From Lautropia sp. (lineage in GTDB: Bacteria > Pseudomonadota > Gammaproteobacteria > Burkholderiales > Burkholderiaceae_E), in assembly GCA_030530775.1 (NCBI GenBank), contig JAUMUG010000007.1:10690-74689 (forward strand): a stretch of DNA of 64,000 nt, read 5' to 3'. Numbering within the stretch: position 1 is the stretch's first letter; every line of letters begins with the position of its first letter. This document shows, in pieces, positions 29,694-39,355 of the stretch. A program made the translations under genes and the position numbers. The notes beneath the pieces were generated by a model that saw only the letters and a program-made list of their open reading frames with translations, was not told the DNA's origin and ran no database searches.

Positions 29694-31400
29694 TCAGGCA
29701 GCGGCTGGCTCGGGGCTGTGCGCCTCGGGCACCGGCTGATTGGCCGGTATGGCGTTGTTCTCACGCCGGGAAGCGGCAATCAGCCGATCCGACAGCCGAA
29801 GCGCCAGCGCCACGAGAGTCATGGTCGGATGGTTGGACGAAGATGTCGGAAACACGGAAGAGCCGGCAACGTACAGGTTGGCCATGCCATGCACCTGGCA
29901 ATTGCGATCCACCACGCCATGGCGCGGCGAATCATGCATCCGGGTCGTGCCCATGTGGTGATAGGTGCCTTCCATGTCAGTAGGCCAACCAGTGTCGTTG
30001 ATAGCGGGCCCCAGCTTCACCCGGGCGATGTTCTTGTCCTCGAGTTCACGGGCGATCAGATCGAAAGTAGTGTCGACGGTGTCTCGCACCCGCTGTGTCA
30101 GTCGCCAGTCGACCTTGGCGCGCCGCATGCCCAGCGCATCGATATCGTCACCCAACATGACCCGGCTGTTATAGTCCGGTTCCGGCTCGGCGATCATTTC
30201 CATCGTAACTGAACGCACCATGCGCCGCGAGCTGCAGGTATGGGCGATCACATATTCCAGCGAATCCATCGGGTGCCCGAAAAGATGGCCGAGGTCAGTG
30301 CCTAGACCGACGATCGGCGACCATTTGCCTAGCACTCGTTGGCGCATCCGGTAGAGCGCCCGCGAAATATGTCCGCCTTCACCTGCATAGAGCGAACGGA
30401 ACCAGACCTGGGCATCCAGCAAGCCATGCTGCTTTTGGACAGCCAACGGCAGGCGCAACTGGCCAGAAATCTTGTTGTCACCGATGATCAGGTCATCCAC
30501 GATGATGTGAAACTTGATGTCATACAGTGGATTGAAGCGATAGGGCTCGTTGAATTCGACCACCCCGTTCATGAATCGGGGGTGATCCTGAAAATAGCGG
30601 CCGACCAGATCGTAGCGGTTGCCGATGCCGTTGCTGTGCTGGCGGTTGGAGGCCAACATCAGCCGCGCGTTCTCGATACCCCCCGCGGCCAAAATGAAGG
30701 TCTTTGCACGCACAGTGGCGCTCACGCCCTTGAGCGTCCGAATCCGCACGCTTTCCACCGCCCCACCCCAGGGATTGCACTGGATGTCGACGACGTTGGC
30801 TTTCAGGTAAAGCTTGACATGACGGGAACTTTTCAGTCCATTGCGGTGTGCTTCCCCCATCCGCAAAGGCGGGCTGAACTGGGAAACGATCTCTTCGACC
30901 CGTTCATGGTCTACAGGTAAACGGGTGGCATTGACCGGAAAATCTTTGCCGATACCCTGTGCAGGCTCGTCCCCCATGCCCACCCATTGCTCGGGCCGGT
31001 ATTCCTGCACCGGGATGTTGAGCACCTCATGGGAACGAGCGTAGTACTCGTCGAGATCTTCCCGCCCGATGGGCCAACCACTGGCATTGACCCAGGAGCG
31101 GTGCTCGAAGGCGCTTTGATCCCAGGGGCGGCAGAACCCCCCCCAGCAGTTGGTACTGCCGCCCAGAAAGCGGCTACGTGTTCCATCAGCAAAATCGTAA
31201 GGAATGCCGACACTACTGCCACGATAGAGATCCGAGGTCGCTTCGTCCCGGGAAAAGCCTCCGCTTTCCAGAATGGCGCAGTCGATACCGGCCTTCTCGA
31301 ACTCAAGTGCCATCGTGATCCCGGCGGCCCCTCCACCGATGATGCAAATTTCAGTTTGAATGATGGAACCCGTATCAATCTCGTTGGTATCGATAAGCAT
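29694..31400 (-). CDS. GMC-family FAD oxidoreductase (choline-dehydrogenase-like)
   Basis: Start moved to MLIDTNEIDTGSIIQTEICIIGGGAAGITMALEF (Rossmann GxGxxG). GMC signatures ...ILAAGGIENARLM... and ...GTTRMHDSPRHGVVDRNCQVHGMANLYVAGSSVFPT... Confidence 0.8.
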   Translation of the reverse strand: MLIDTNEIDTGSIIQTEICIIGGGAAGITMALEFEKAGIDCAILESGGFSRDEATSDLYRGSSVGIPYDFADGTRSRFLGGSTNCWGGFCRPWDQSAFEHRSWVNASGWPIGREDLDEYYARSHEVLNIPVQEYRPEQWVGMGDEPAQGIGKDFPVNATRLPVDHERVEEIVSQFSPPLRMGEAHRNGLKSSRHVKLYLKANVVDIQCNPWGGAVESVRIRTLKGVSATVRAKTFILAAGGIENARLMLASNRQHSNGIGNRYDLVGRYFQDHPRFMNGVVEFNEPYRFNPLYDIKFHIIVDDLIIGDNKISGQLRLPLAVQKQHGLLDAQVWFRSLYAGEGGHISRALYRMRQRVLGKWSPIVGLGTDLGHLFGHPMDSLEYVIAHTCSSRRMVRSVTMEMIAEPEPDYNSRVMLGDDIDALGMRRAKVDWRLTQRVRDTVDTTFDLIARELEDKNIARVKLGPAINDTGWPTDMEGTYHHMGTTRMHDSPRHGVVDRNCQVHGMANLYVAGSSVFPTSSSNHPTMTLVALALRLSDRLIAASRRENNAIPANQPVPEAHSPEPAAA

Positions 31401-31613
31401 GTAGAGCCCCCAAGGGCAGCAGACGAGAGAACCACATGATGGACTGGTCCGGATACATGGTCCGGATACACACAAGACACACAAGGCTCCCGATGAACCG
31501 CAGATCTGTTTCGGAAAACTGTTCAACAAGGGGAAAGTATAAGCGTGGTGTTGTAGGTGAGCGACTGTCAGTCTACTGCCATATTGATGAAATGCACGCT
31601 TTGGCACATTCCG

Positions 31614-32354
31614 TCATGACCAACCCCTTTGGCATTGCAAAGCATTGCATACTTCCCACAGATCCTGAAAAACTACTGAAGAAAGACCGCTTATTTTACT
31701 CGGAATTGTTTCGAAAAGGGAATCCAGATCGGGACGGCGCATCCAGGCCACTTGCATGCCCAGTCCCCGGGCTGGTTCCACGTCAAAGCGCCAGTCGTCG
31801 CCGATATGCAATGTCGCTGCAGGCGGCACGTCCAATGCCTCACAAGCGGCCAAAAAGATAGCTGGATCTGGCTTGGCAGCGCCGAATTCATGTGCGTTCA
31901 GTGCTACGCTGAAATATTTGCCCAACGGCGTGCGACGGACATCCGCATTGCCATTGGAGATGACGGCCAAGCGATAGTGTTTCGACCAGAGTGCCAGCAC
32001 CGCCTCCACCTCGGGATAAGGCTGGACCTGCTGACGTGCGTGATAAAAACACTCGAAAGCCGGTTCTGCCAATCGGGGATCTTCTCCATTCATTTGCAGA
32101 TTCTGACGCAGGTACTGCAGGCGCAGCCAGCTGACGTCATGGGCATGTTCGGGAAAGGATGCCTTCAGCTCGCGGATTCTGGCTGCCATCGGCGGGCATT
32201 CGGCGGTGCGTGGCGCCCTGGGGCGCAACCATTCCGTGAGGCGCTGTTCGGCGGCGATCAGTACGGGCGCCACCGGCCACAGGGTGTCGTCGAGATCGAC
32301 GGTGATGGCCTGAATCCCTTCAAAGATGCGGGGTACACGGGTGCCGGGTGTCAT
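31614..32354 (-). CDS. HAD-IA family hydrolase
   Basis: ITVDLDDTLW motif I, ...VISNGN... motif II, ...LHIGDDWRFDVEPARGLGM... motif III. Start set at MTPGTRVPRIF. Confidence 0.7.
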   Translation of the reverse strand: MTPGTRVPRIFEGIQAITVDLDDTLWPVAPVLIAAEQRLTEWLRPRAPRTAECPPMAARIRELKASFPEHAHDVSWLRLQYLRQNLQMNGEDPRLAEPAFECFYHARQQVQPYPEVEAVLALWSKHYRLAVISNGNADVRRTPLGKYFSVALNAHEFGAAKPDPAIFLAACEALDVPPAATLHIGDDWRFDVEPARGLGMQVAWMRRPDLDSLFETIPSKISGLSSVVFQDLWEVCNALQCQRGWS

Positions 32355-32705
32355 GACGTATCCTGTTGGTTGGCATCCTCCGACGCACGTGCACGGCATG
32401 GCGCAAACGAGGAAAGCAGACAACTCCTGTGCGCATGGGTGCTCTACGCCTGCGAACGGGTAACGATAGCATCCACCGAAGACTGCCGGCAGGTCACGTT
32501 CCCCTCCGTGGTCTGAAAACGCGGGCCTCGGGCATTTCGGAAGCCACGGATTCATACCAGCTGTACTCATGGCGGGGAACGTTTTCCCACGAAGCGCTCT
32601 CCATGATCCCGACCGACGTTCACGTCGGGAAGACGGACCCCGCCTGTGGCAGGGCAGGAAGTCGCCATCGGGCTTCGGCCCGGCAGAACGGGTTGCCCGG
32701 AAGCT

Positions 32706-33938
32706 TCAGAACCTGACGCCGAGCTCGCGGTAGACAGTCTGGATGCCGTCGATATAGCGTGCCCGACTGAAATTGCCGGCGCAACGCTCGCGGGCATGCC
32801 GCCCCATCTCCGCGATGTCGGAGTCCGGACGGGCAAAAACATCGGTCAGCACCTCCGCCAGCTTGTCGGCATCGCCACTGGGGAAGACCCAACCGGTTTC
32901 GGGAGTGATCATTTCAGGGATACCGCCGATATCGGCCCCTACGACCGGCGTACCACTGGCAAAGGCTTCGAGGATGCTCATCGGTGCGTTCTCATACCAC
33001 TCGCTGGGCAGCACCAGTGCACGTGCACCACGAACCTGCTGCCACAGGGCATCACCCGAACAGTAACCGAGCCATTCGATTCTGTCTGCGCCCGGCAATG
33101 CCTTGAGTTCGGCTTCGAGCGGACCGGTTCCAGCAATACGCAATTTGACTCCGGCCTTGGTGGCAGCCTTGACCAGAGTGGCAACCCCCTTCTCGACGAC
33201 CATGCGACCGGCAAACAGCACGTAGTCCCCCGGCTCGTAGGAAGGCTGGAAGATGCCGGCGTCGACGTAGTTGGGCACATAGGTGATCTGCTCTGCCGAC
33301 CAGCCCCACTCGATCAGCTTGTCACGATAGAACTGGGAAGGTGCGACGACCCGGTTGACGTTTTTCTTCCAGACGTCCATGAAACGGCTCAGCCCCGACT
33401 CGACCGCCACGATGATACTGGGCGCAAGCGAGTCGCGGATGCAGCGATGCTTGATCACGTTGACGACCGAGCCGGTCTTACATCGTTCACAGACCCCTTC
33501 GCTGTTCAGCATCTTGTAGGCCGGACAGGCGATCTTCAGGTCATGGGCGGTCAGGACGACCGGAATCCCTTCCTGGCGCAGAACCGGCAGCACCGACGGA
33601 GAGATGTGGTGATAGATGCCGTGCACATGCGCCACATCGGCAGGAAACACCGACAGCAGGCTGCGCAGTTTTTTCTGCGCTTCGAAGGAATAGATCGATT
33701 TGCAGGCTTTGACCACCTTGTCCTTCAGGCCATAGGAGTGGCCGAACTCCACTTCCTCGACGAAATACTGACTCCAGGGCGAAGGCAGGTTCTTGGGATG
33801 ATGCATCGACATCACCGCCGTTTCCCAACCCAGTTCCTTGAACAGAGCATCGTGCTCCAGGAACACGACGTCGGCTCCCCCACGTCGGTAATGGTAGGAA
33901 TTGAACGACAGCAGATGAGGGCGTGGTGATGATTTCAT
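32706..33938 (-). CDS. glycosyltransferase, GT4 (group 1) family
   Basis: GT-B fold: N-terminal ...VVLTAHDL... and C-terminal ...FAGRMVVEKGV...LVLPSEWYENAPMSILEAFASGTPVVGADIGGIPEMI... (EX7E region). Confidence 0.8.
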   Translation of the reverse strand: MKSSPRPHLLSFNSYHYRRGGADVVFLEHDALFKELGWETAVMSMHHPKNLPSPWSQYFVEEVEFGHSYGLKDKVVKACKSIYSFEAQKKLRSLLSVFPADVAHVHGIYHHISPSVLPVLRQEGIPVVLTAHDLKIACPAYKMLNSEGVCERCKTGSVVNVIKHRCIRDSLAPSIIVAVESGLSRFMDVWKKNVNRVVAPSQFYRDKLIEWGWSAEQITYVPNYVDAGIFQPSYEPGDYVLFAGRMVVEKGVATLVKAATKAGVKLRIAGTGPLEAELKALPGADRIEWLGYCSGDALWQQVRGARALVLPSEWYENAPMSILEAFASGTPVVGADIGGIPEMITPETGWVFPSGDADKLAEVLTDVFARPDSDIAEMGRHARERCAGNFSRARYIDGIQTVYRELGVRF

Positions 33939-34367
33939 AAGAATGCAATTCTATCGGTACTCACAGCCCATCGCCCCCTAATCCGCCTGCCTCTCGATCA
34001 ACGGACCGGAGGATGCGACGAACACCCGGTGTAACCTGCAACTCATGCCTGAAGCCGCTTTTACACAGTTGAACGTGGTATTACCACAACAGAAGCCAAG
34101 GTTTCCCTTAGAGTCTTGCATTTACTCACAATGTAGCGATAAAACAAGTTAAACAGCCAGTATCCGCGCTGCCGGGGAGCGTCGCTGACGCATCGAAACT
34201 GCTGAGTTGCCCATCGATCAGCCATCCATAGCCAATCAACGGGTAGCATAAGTACCGAACGCGATCCCTTTAGCCCCCCATGAGACACTTCTGAGCCAAG
34301 GCCAGCAGGATCCAAAGATGCACCGGAGCGGGCGCAGCCCGCTGGCCCAAGCCGTTTTGCGGAAGTC

Positions 34368-35417
34368 ATGAAGCCCAAAATCGTTTTCGTGGTGATGTCC
34401 GCGATCCACAGTGTCGAGTCAGTTGCACAGCTTGCACGTGCACTGGCTCCTCATACCGTGGTGGTACATCACGACTTTAGTCAGACAGCCGAGTTCCCTC
34501 TGAACGAACCGAACGTCATTTTCGTGCCCAATCCAAAGCGCACGGGGTGGGCTATTTGGGGCTTCACCGAGGGGATTTTCCACGCGATTCAGTACGCGGT
34601 GGACAATCTGGAATTCGACTATCTGCAGATCCTGAGTCCGACCTGCCTGCCCATCAAGCCGATGAGCGCTTTCGAGGCGCACGTGGCATCCGGCAAGACC
34701 GATGTGGATTTTTCGTGGATCGACATGCTTGCCGACGAAGACGCGCTGATGTCGGTCGCGTACCGGGGATTCACGGCGGAAGGAACGCTGATTCATCGGG
34801 TGCTGCGGCGCTTGGTGCGCGTCTATTTCAACGATACACCGCTGAGACGGGACATCGCCGGCGTTCAGTTGCGTACCGGCGGTCAGCTGCGCCCGGACGG
34901 CAAGATGCGCTTTGCGGCGCGCGTCGCCCGGGCCGTCACCCGCGCCATGATCAACCCGAAGATCGGCGGTCATGTATTCACCAAGGATTTCCCCCCCTAC
35001 TACGGCTCGACCTGGTTCGGGGCGCATCGACCGGTGATCGAATGGGCGCTGCAACGCTTCGCCCAGCCTGACATCCAGTCGCATTTTCCGAAACTGACGA
35101 TCGCCGATGAATTCTTGATCCCTTCGCTCTTCAAATGCGGGGTGGCACAGCACGGTTTCAAAGATGGACCGATGAACCATTGCATCGTGACCTTCATCGA
35201 GGCCAATCCAGCCTGGCTGACAGACAACGACCTGGATACGTTACGTCAATCACCGGCATTCTTTGCCCGCAAATTTCCGGACGATCTCCACAATTCGACC
35301 CGGCACCGGGTTCTGTCCGAGCTGGTCGGCATGAGCGACGCCGACATCATGGGCAAGCCGACCGGGGCACCAGTCGATGCCCCCGAAGCACGATTGAGCG
35401 CCTCGACCGCAGGTTGA
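34368..35417 (+). CDS. GT14-like (core-2/I-branching-type) glycosyltransferase
   Basis: KIVFVVMSAIHSVESVAQLARALAPHTVVVHHDFSQ... resembles the Branch-domain consensus (ilvhk..eql.rll.aly.p.n.y.iHvD), as does ...RTGWAIWGFTEGIFHAIQYAV...FDYLQILSPTCLPIKP. Assigned by eye, not searched. Confidence 0.5.
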   Translation: MKPKIVFVVMSAIHSVESVAQLARALAPHTVVVHHDFSQTAEFPLNEPNVIFVPNPKRTGWAIWGFTEGIFHAIQYAVDNLEFDYLQILSPTCLPIKPMSAFEAHVASGKTDVDFSWIDMLADEDALMSVAYRGFTAEGTLIHRVLRRLVRVYFNDTPLRRDIAGVQLRTGGQLRPDGKMRFAARVARAVTRAMINPKIGGHVFTKDFPPYYGSTWFGAHRPVIEWALQRFAQPDIQSHFPKLTIADEFLIPSLFKCGVAQHGFKDGPMNHCIVTFIEANPAWLTDNDLDTLRQSPAFFARKFPDDLHNSTRHRVLSELVGMSDADIMGKPTGAPVDAPEARLSASTAG

Positions 35418-35668
35418 ACTTCTGCCCATTGCATACGGTACTGGCGCCGACGCCAGCCCGCACTGGTGCGGACGCGGGCAATGACGACAAACAGCACGCT
35501 GTTGCACAGGCCGTTGCCGATTGAGTTGCGTGGGTGACTGGCGCCGGTGCGGACTGCTGCTCACCGTGATTGGCGCCGTCGACCGCGGTGCATGCCGGCT
35601 CTGGCGTAGACCGGCGCCTCGTCTCAGGTGCCTGCTCCGTGGGGCGCCATGACGAAAAAACAACCGCT

Positions 35669-35719
35669 TTGTCGCAAAAGAAATACCCGGTGCGCAATAA
35701 AGCCTGTGTCGCAAAAGAC
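35669..35719 (+). promoter_or_regulatory. direct repeats TGTCGCAAAAGA(A/C) about 40 bp upstream of the GT2 gene
   Basis: tTGTCGCAAAAGAa ...24 nt... TGTCGCAAAAGAC, read directly. Lies in the 358-bp gap before the 35775 start. Candidate site for a direct-repeat-binding regulator. Confidence 0.3.
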
Positions 35720-35774
35720 GAAAAACATATAAAACACAATCACTTGGGCAACGGTAGTATCATCTTCGAGCACC

Positions 35775-36911
35775 ATGGGACAGTACTCATCGGCATGGTT
35801 ACAACGATCCGTCCATCGCCGATTACAAAGTGCTTTCCCTTTCATAACGTTTCATTACAGGAAGCCGACCCTGCTCTCCATCATCGTCATCTCCCGCAAT
35901 CAGATCAAGACGATCGATATCTGCCTGGACAACATTCTGGCCGCGACCAAGGCCAGCGGTATCGACCGTCATGGATATGAGATCGTCTTCGTCGATTCCC
36001 GCTCTACCGATGGCACACCCGAACGAGTCAGGCGGCGGCAGGACGACCGGATCAGGATTGTTCACGTCACCGGTCACACGAACGCCGCCATTGCCCGCAA
36101 TGCAGGTGCTGCGGTGGCCAGGGGGGATGTATTCTTCTTCATCGATGGCGACATGGAAATCGGTGCCGACTTCTTGCGCCAAGCCTTCGATGCGGAGGGC
36201 AAACCCATCGCCCCCGTCATCATGGGCCAACTGCCCGAGAAGTTTTACGATACCAACTGGAAGCTGCTCTCCGAGGGGCCAGACCGTTACAAGGCCGATC
36301 ACGACCATTACCGGACCGAAATGGGTGGCAGTGCGATCATCCGACGGGATGTGTTCGAGGAAGTCGGCGGCTATCGTCCCGAATTGCGGGTCAATGAGGA
36401 TATCGACATCGGTCTGCGTCTGTCCGAAGCCGGTTACAAGACACGCATTCTGCCGGTGGTCATGGCCGTCCATCACACGATCGAATACTTCGACTGGTCC
36501 CGCCAGGGCCGGATGCTCTGGGATGGCAGCATGTGCTTTCCGGGCGCCGTCTGGCGTCGACATTGGAAGTACGCAGGCTATTGGCCGATTCTGATCTCTC
36601 ATCAGCGCCCGACGGTCGTGCTGTTGCTGTCGCTATTGCTGTCGGTCTTCGTCAGCCCGTGGTGGCTGCTCCTGTACTTGGGCTACATCGTCGCCAAAAA
36701 CCTGCGCCGGCCTGGCATCAGTCTGCTGCAAGATCTGGCGGGCACCACCGCTCGCAGTGTGGGCTTCCTGTTCGGCATGGTGTTCTTCTACCCCAAGCAC
36801 ATCCCTGCAGACAGAATCAGTTTCCGCGAAGAGCCGCCTTCTGCTGCCACACCCAAACCGAAACAGGTACAGGCCGAAAGCACACCGCCAGCCAAACCCC
36901 GCGCCGCCTGA
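35775..36911 (+). CDS. glycosyltransferase family 2 with C-terminal membrane domain
   Basis: GT-A signatures: ...LSIIVISRNQ..., ...VFVDSRSTDGT..., DGD (...FFFIDGDMEI...). C-terminal TM helices. Exact start uncertain. Confidence 0.75.
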   Translation: MGQYSSAWLQRSVHRRLQSAFPFITFHYRKPTLLSIIVISRNQIKTIDICLDNILAATKASGIDRHGYEIVFVDSRSTDGTPERVRRRQDDRIRIVHVTGHTNAAIARNAGAAVARGDVFFFIDGDMEIGADFLRQAFDAEGKPIAPVIMGQLPEKFYDTNWKLLSEGPDRYKADHDHYRTEMGGSAIIRRDVFEEVGGYRPELRVNEDIDIGLRLSEAGYKTRILPVVMAVHHTIEYFDWSRQGRMLWDGSMCFPGAVWRRHWKYAGYWPILISHQRPTVVLLLSLLLSVFVSPWWLLLYLGYIVAKNLRRPGISLLQDLAGTTARSVGFLFGMVFFYPKHIPADRISFREEPPSAATPKPKQVQAESTPPAKPRAA

Positions 36912-37065
36912 ACCGTTGGCCAGATGCCGTGCCGACCCTCAAGCCGCCCGCCGGCGCGTTCGATGCGTCGCAGGCGGCTTTTTCCGTGGCACTGACAGCC
37001 TTTTGGATCAAGGAACGACCGAAGCTGGCTTCCGCTTCAGGTGGCTACCAAGACGAAAGTCAAGC

Positions 37066-38652
37066 TCAAGACGACACGGCCGATGAGGATCGTCGCGCCT
37101 TTTCCGGCGAACCACCCCTCCGACGTTTCAGGACCGCTTTGAAGATTTTGACCTCTTCGGCGCGTGGACGCAGGGTCAAGGCACAGATCAGCAGATAGGC
37201 CAACGACCCGAGTGCGACACGCCACCACCATTGGTCGACGACGTCCTGCAGCAGTACCGCTGCCAGCAGGCCGATACAGGTGGCAAAAAGGCAGGCAAAT
37301 ACATGTTCGAGACTGCTCTTGTAGGGATAGCCGGTGCGGCCCAGCCAATAAATCACCATGATGTTGGCAAACACCAGGCCGACACAGTTGGCCGCAGGCA
37401 AGGCGATGATGCCGAACCGGGGGGCCATGGCCACCCCCAATAACAGAGAAAGCCCCAGGAAGGTATTGCTGAAAACCAGAAAGCCATAGCGCTCGACCGT
37501 ATGGCAGAGGTTGTCCAGCGTGTGACGCCAGGATTCGAGCACCATCACCAGACACATCAGCATGATCAGAGGGGCGGCATCGACGCCGTATTTGCCTTTC
37601 GACAGCCAGAGATAAATATCCCCGCCCCCCGAGGCAAAGACCGTGACCGCCCAGCCGATCAAGAACAGGTTGACCGTCAGTGCGGCGTTGGCCACGGTTT
37701 CCGCCTCTTTGAAGGAGCCGTTGGCCGAAAAACGCGCCGCCATCACCGGACGTACCATGCCATTGAACAGCTGTGCCGGCAGATAGCGCTGGAACTGATC
37801 GAAAATAGATTGCGCAAAACCGAACAATGCAACCTGCATCGGTGCAAACTGGTTGCCAGCCACCAGCCGGTTGACCACCCCGCCATAAGGCAGAATGATC
37901 AGCCCCTGTACGTGCCCCTTGATGCCGAAATCGATCATCCGGCGAATGTTGTTGCCCAGCCATTCACGTTGCACATCGACGTTCTCGACATCGCCCGGAG
38001 CTGGCCGGGTGGCACGATTGATACCCCAGCTCATCAGCACGGCGCCGATCACTTCACAGCCCACTTCCGAGAGAATCAGGTTGAACAACGTCATCTGGTC
38101 AACCCACAGCAAGACCAAGATGCAGATGAACTTGCTCACCGTCACGGCAGCGAAGGCGCTCTGTCCACGGGCCTGTTCCAGCATGGCCTCGAGCACCTGG
38201 AACTGGGAATTGGAAGCAGTCCGGAACAGCACCACCAACAGGTACAGCTGCAATTCGACCAGCCAGTTCCCGAGACTGAGCCAATCCGCCAGCCACAGCG
38301 GGAAGATGATCAGTACGACGACCGTCACCAAGATCAGCATCAGCCTCAAACCCATGGTGACGCCGATGACCCGGCGCAACGCCCAGCGATAGCGCAGGTT
38401 GAAGATTTCCGGCACGAAACGGGTCAGGATCTGCCCGGTGCCCACCGACGTCAGGGTCAACAGCACTTCGGTCAGCCCCAACAGCACCGAATACGCCGCA
38501 AATTCCGCAATCGGCAGATTCTGCACGATCAGGAACAGGGCTCCGACACCCGCGACCGAAGTCAGCGCCTTGCCCATCAGAAAGTGCTTCATACCAGCGG
38601 CGATCCGTCGGGCACTGTAAGGATTGTGGTCGGCGTTCTGAGACATCAGCAA
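37066..38652 (-). CDS. polysaccharide flippase (Wzx / MOP-superfamily 'polysaccharide biosynthesis protein')
   Basis: About 14 predicted TM helices with no soluble domain. Sits in the EPS locus between glycosyltransferase genes and the polymerase. Alternative start at 38592 (MKHFLMG...). Confidence 0.7.
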   Translation of the reverse strand: MLMSQNADHNPYSARRIAAGMKHFLMGKALTSVAGVGALFLIVQNLPIAEFAAYSVLLGLTEVLLTLTSVGTGQILTRFVPEIFNLRYRWALRRVIGVTMGLRLMLILVTVVVLIIFPLWLADWLSLGNWLVELQLYLLVVLFRTASNSQFQVLEAMLEQARGQSAFAAVTVSKFICILVLLWVDQMTLFNLILSEVGCEVIGAVLMSWGINRATRPAPGDVENVDVQREWLGNNIRRMIDFGIKGHVQGLIILPYGGVVNRLVAGNQFAPMQVALFGFAQSIFDQFQRYLPAQLFNGMVRPVMAARFSANGSFKEAETVANAALTVNLFLIGWAVTVFASGGGDIYLWLSKGKYGVDAAPLIMLMCLVMVLESWRHTLDNLCHTVERYGFLVFSNTFLGLSLLLGVAMAPRFGIIALPAANCVGLVFANIMVIYWLGRTGYPYKSSLEHVFACLFATCIGLLAAVLLQDVVDQWWWRVALGSLAYLLICALTLRPRAEEVKIFKAVLKRRRGGSPEKARRSSSAVSS

Positions 38653-39355
38653 ATTAGGTACAAGCGGACAAACGGCGGGAAAGCCACCCGTGCACGACAG
38701 ACGGCAATGACCTGTCTCGATACTCTGTGCGAGCTCAAGATATTGCGCGCCGCTCCTTTGCCAGCAAAAGACAAATCGATGGCCTGTCGATCAGGACCGA
38801 CCACGACCAGTTCCTCGTTGTTATCCATGGTGGCGGACATGCCACCCAGAGCTCCGAGCATCGCCCCGCCCTGCCAATGTTGAAGCCAACCGCCTGTGTG
38901 CATCTGCCGGCGGTCCGGAGGGCCCAAAGCTCATGTCGAGCTTGCCATTGTAGGCGGAGCGTCGCACCCACACCACTTTTGTACCTGCGTCAGCGTGTGA
39001 TTTGCCGCAAGAGCCTGCGGTCCTCAAGCAACAGCCCGGATCTTGACAAAACGTTGCAGCAAAGAAGGGCTTTTTTCCTCTCCTATTCTGAGCACCAATC
39101 TCACGCAATGAAAATTCTGAGCGAGCACTCGAATACAACCCCTTGAAAAGACACGTCAAAAATAGTGTCACGTGATTTTTCTCGCATTCCATCCCATGGG
39201 GGCAACCGCCCATCCTGTTGGCGTATCGCATCGTTCTGTAAGCCACTTAGAGTTCGTGTCGCCAAAAGAAGACACACCGACGCAACTCAGCAACAGTGAC
39301 GTTCTGCCGTTATTCGGAGATTCGTCTGTTTTGCACAACACAACGGACTCTAAGC

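Noticed and set aside
37501-38883. 460-aa plus-strand ORF
   Set aside because: Antisense shadow ORF within the Wzx flippase gene; the product is His/Gln/Arg-rich.
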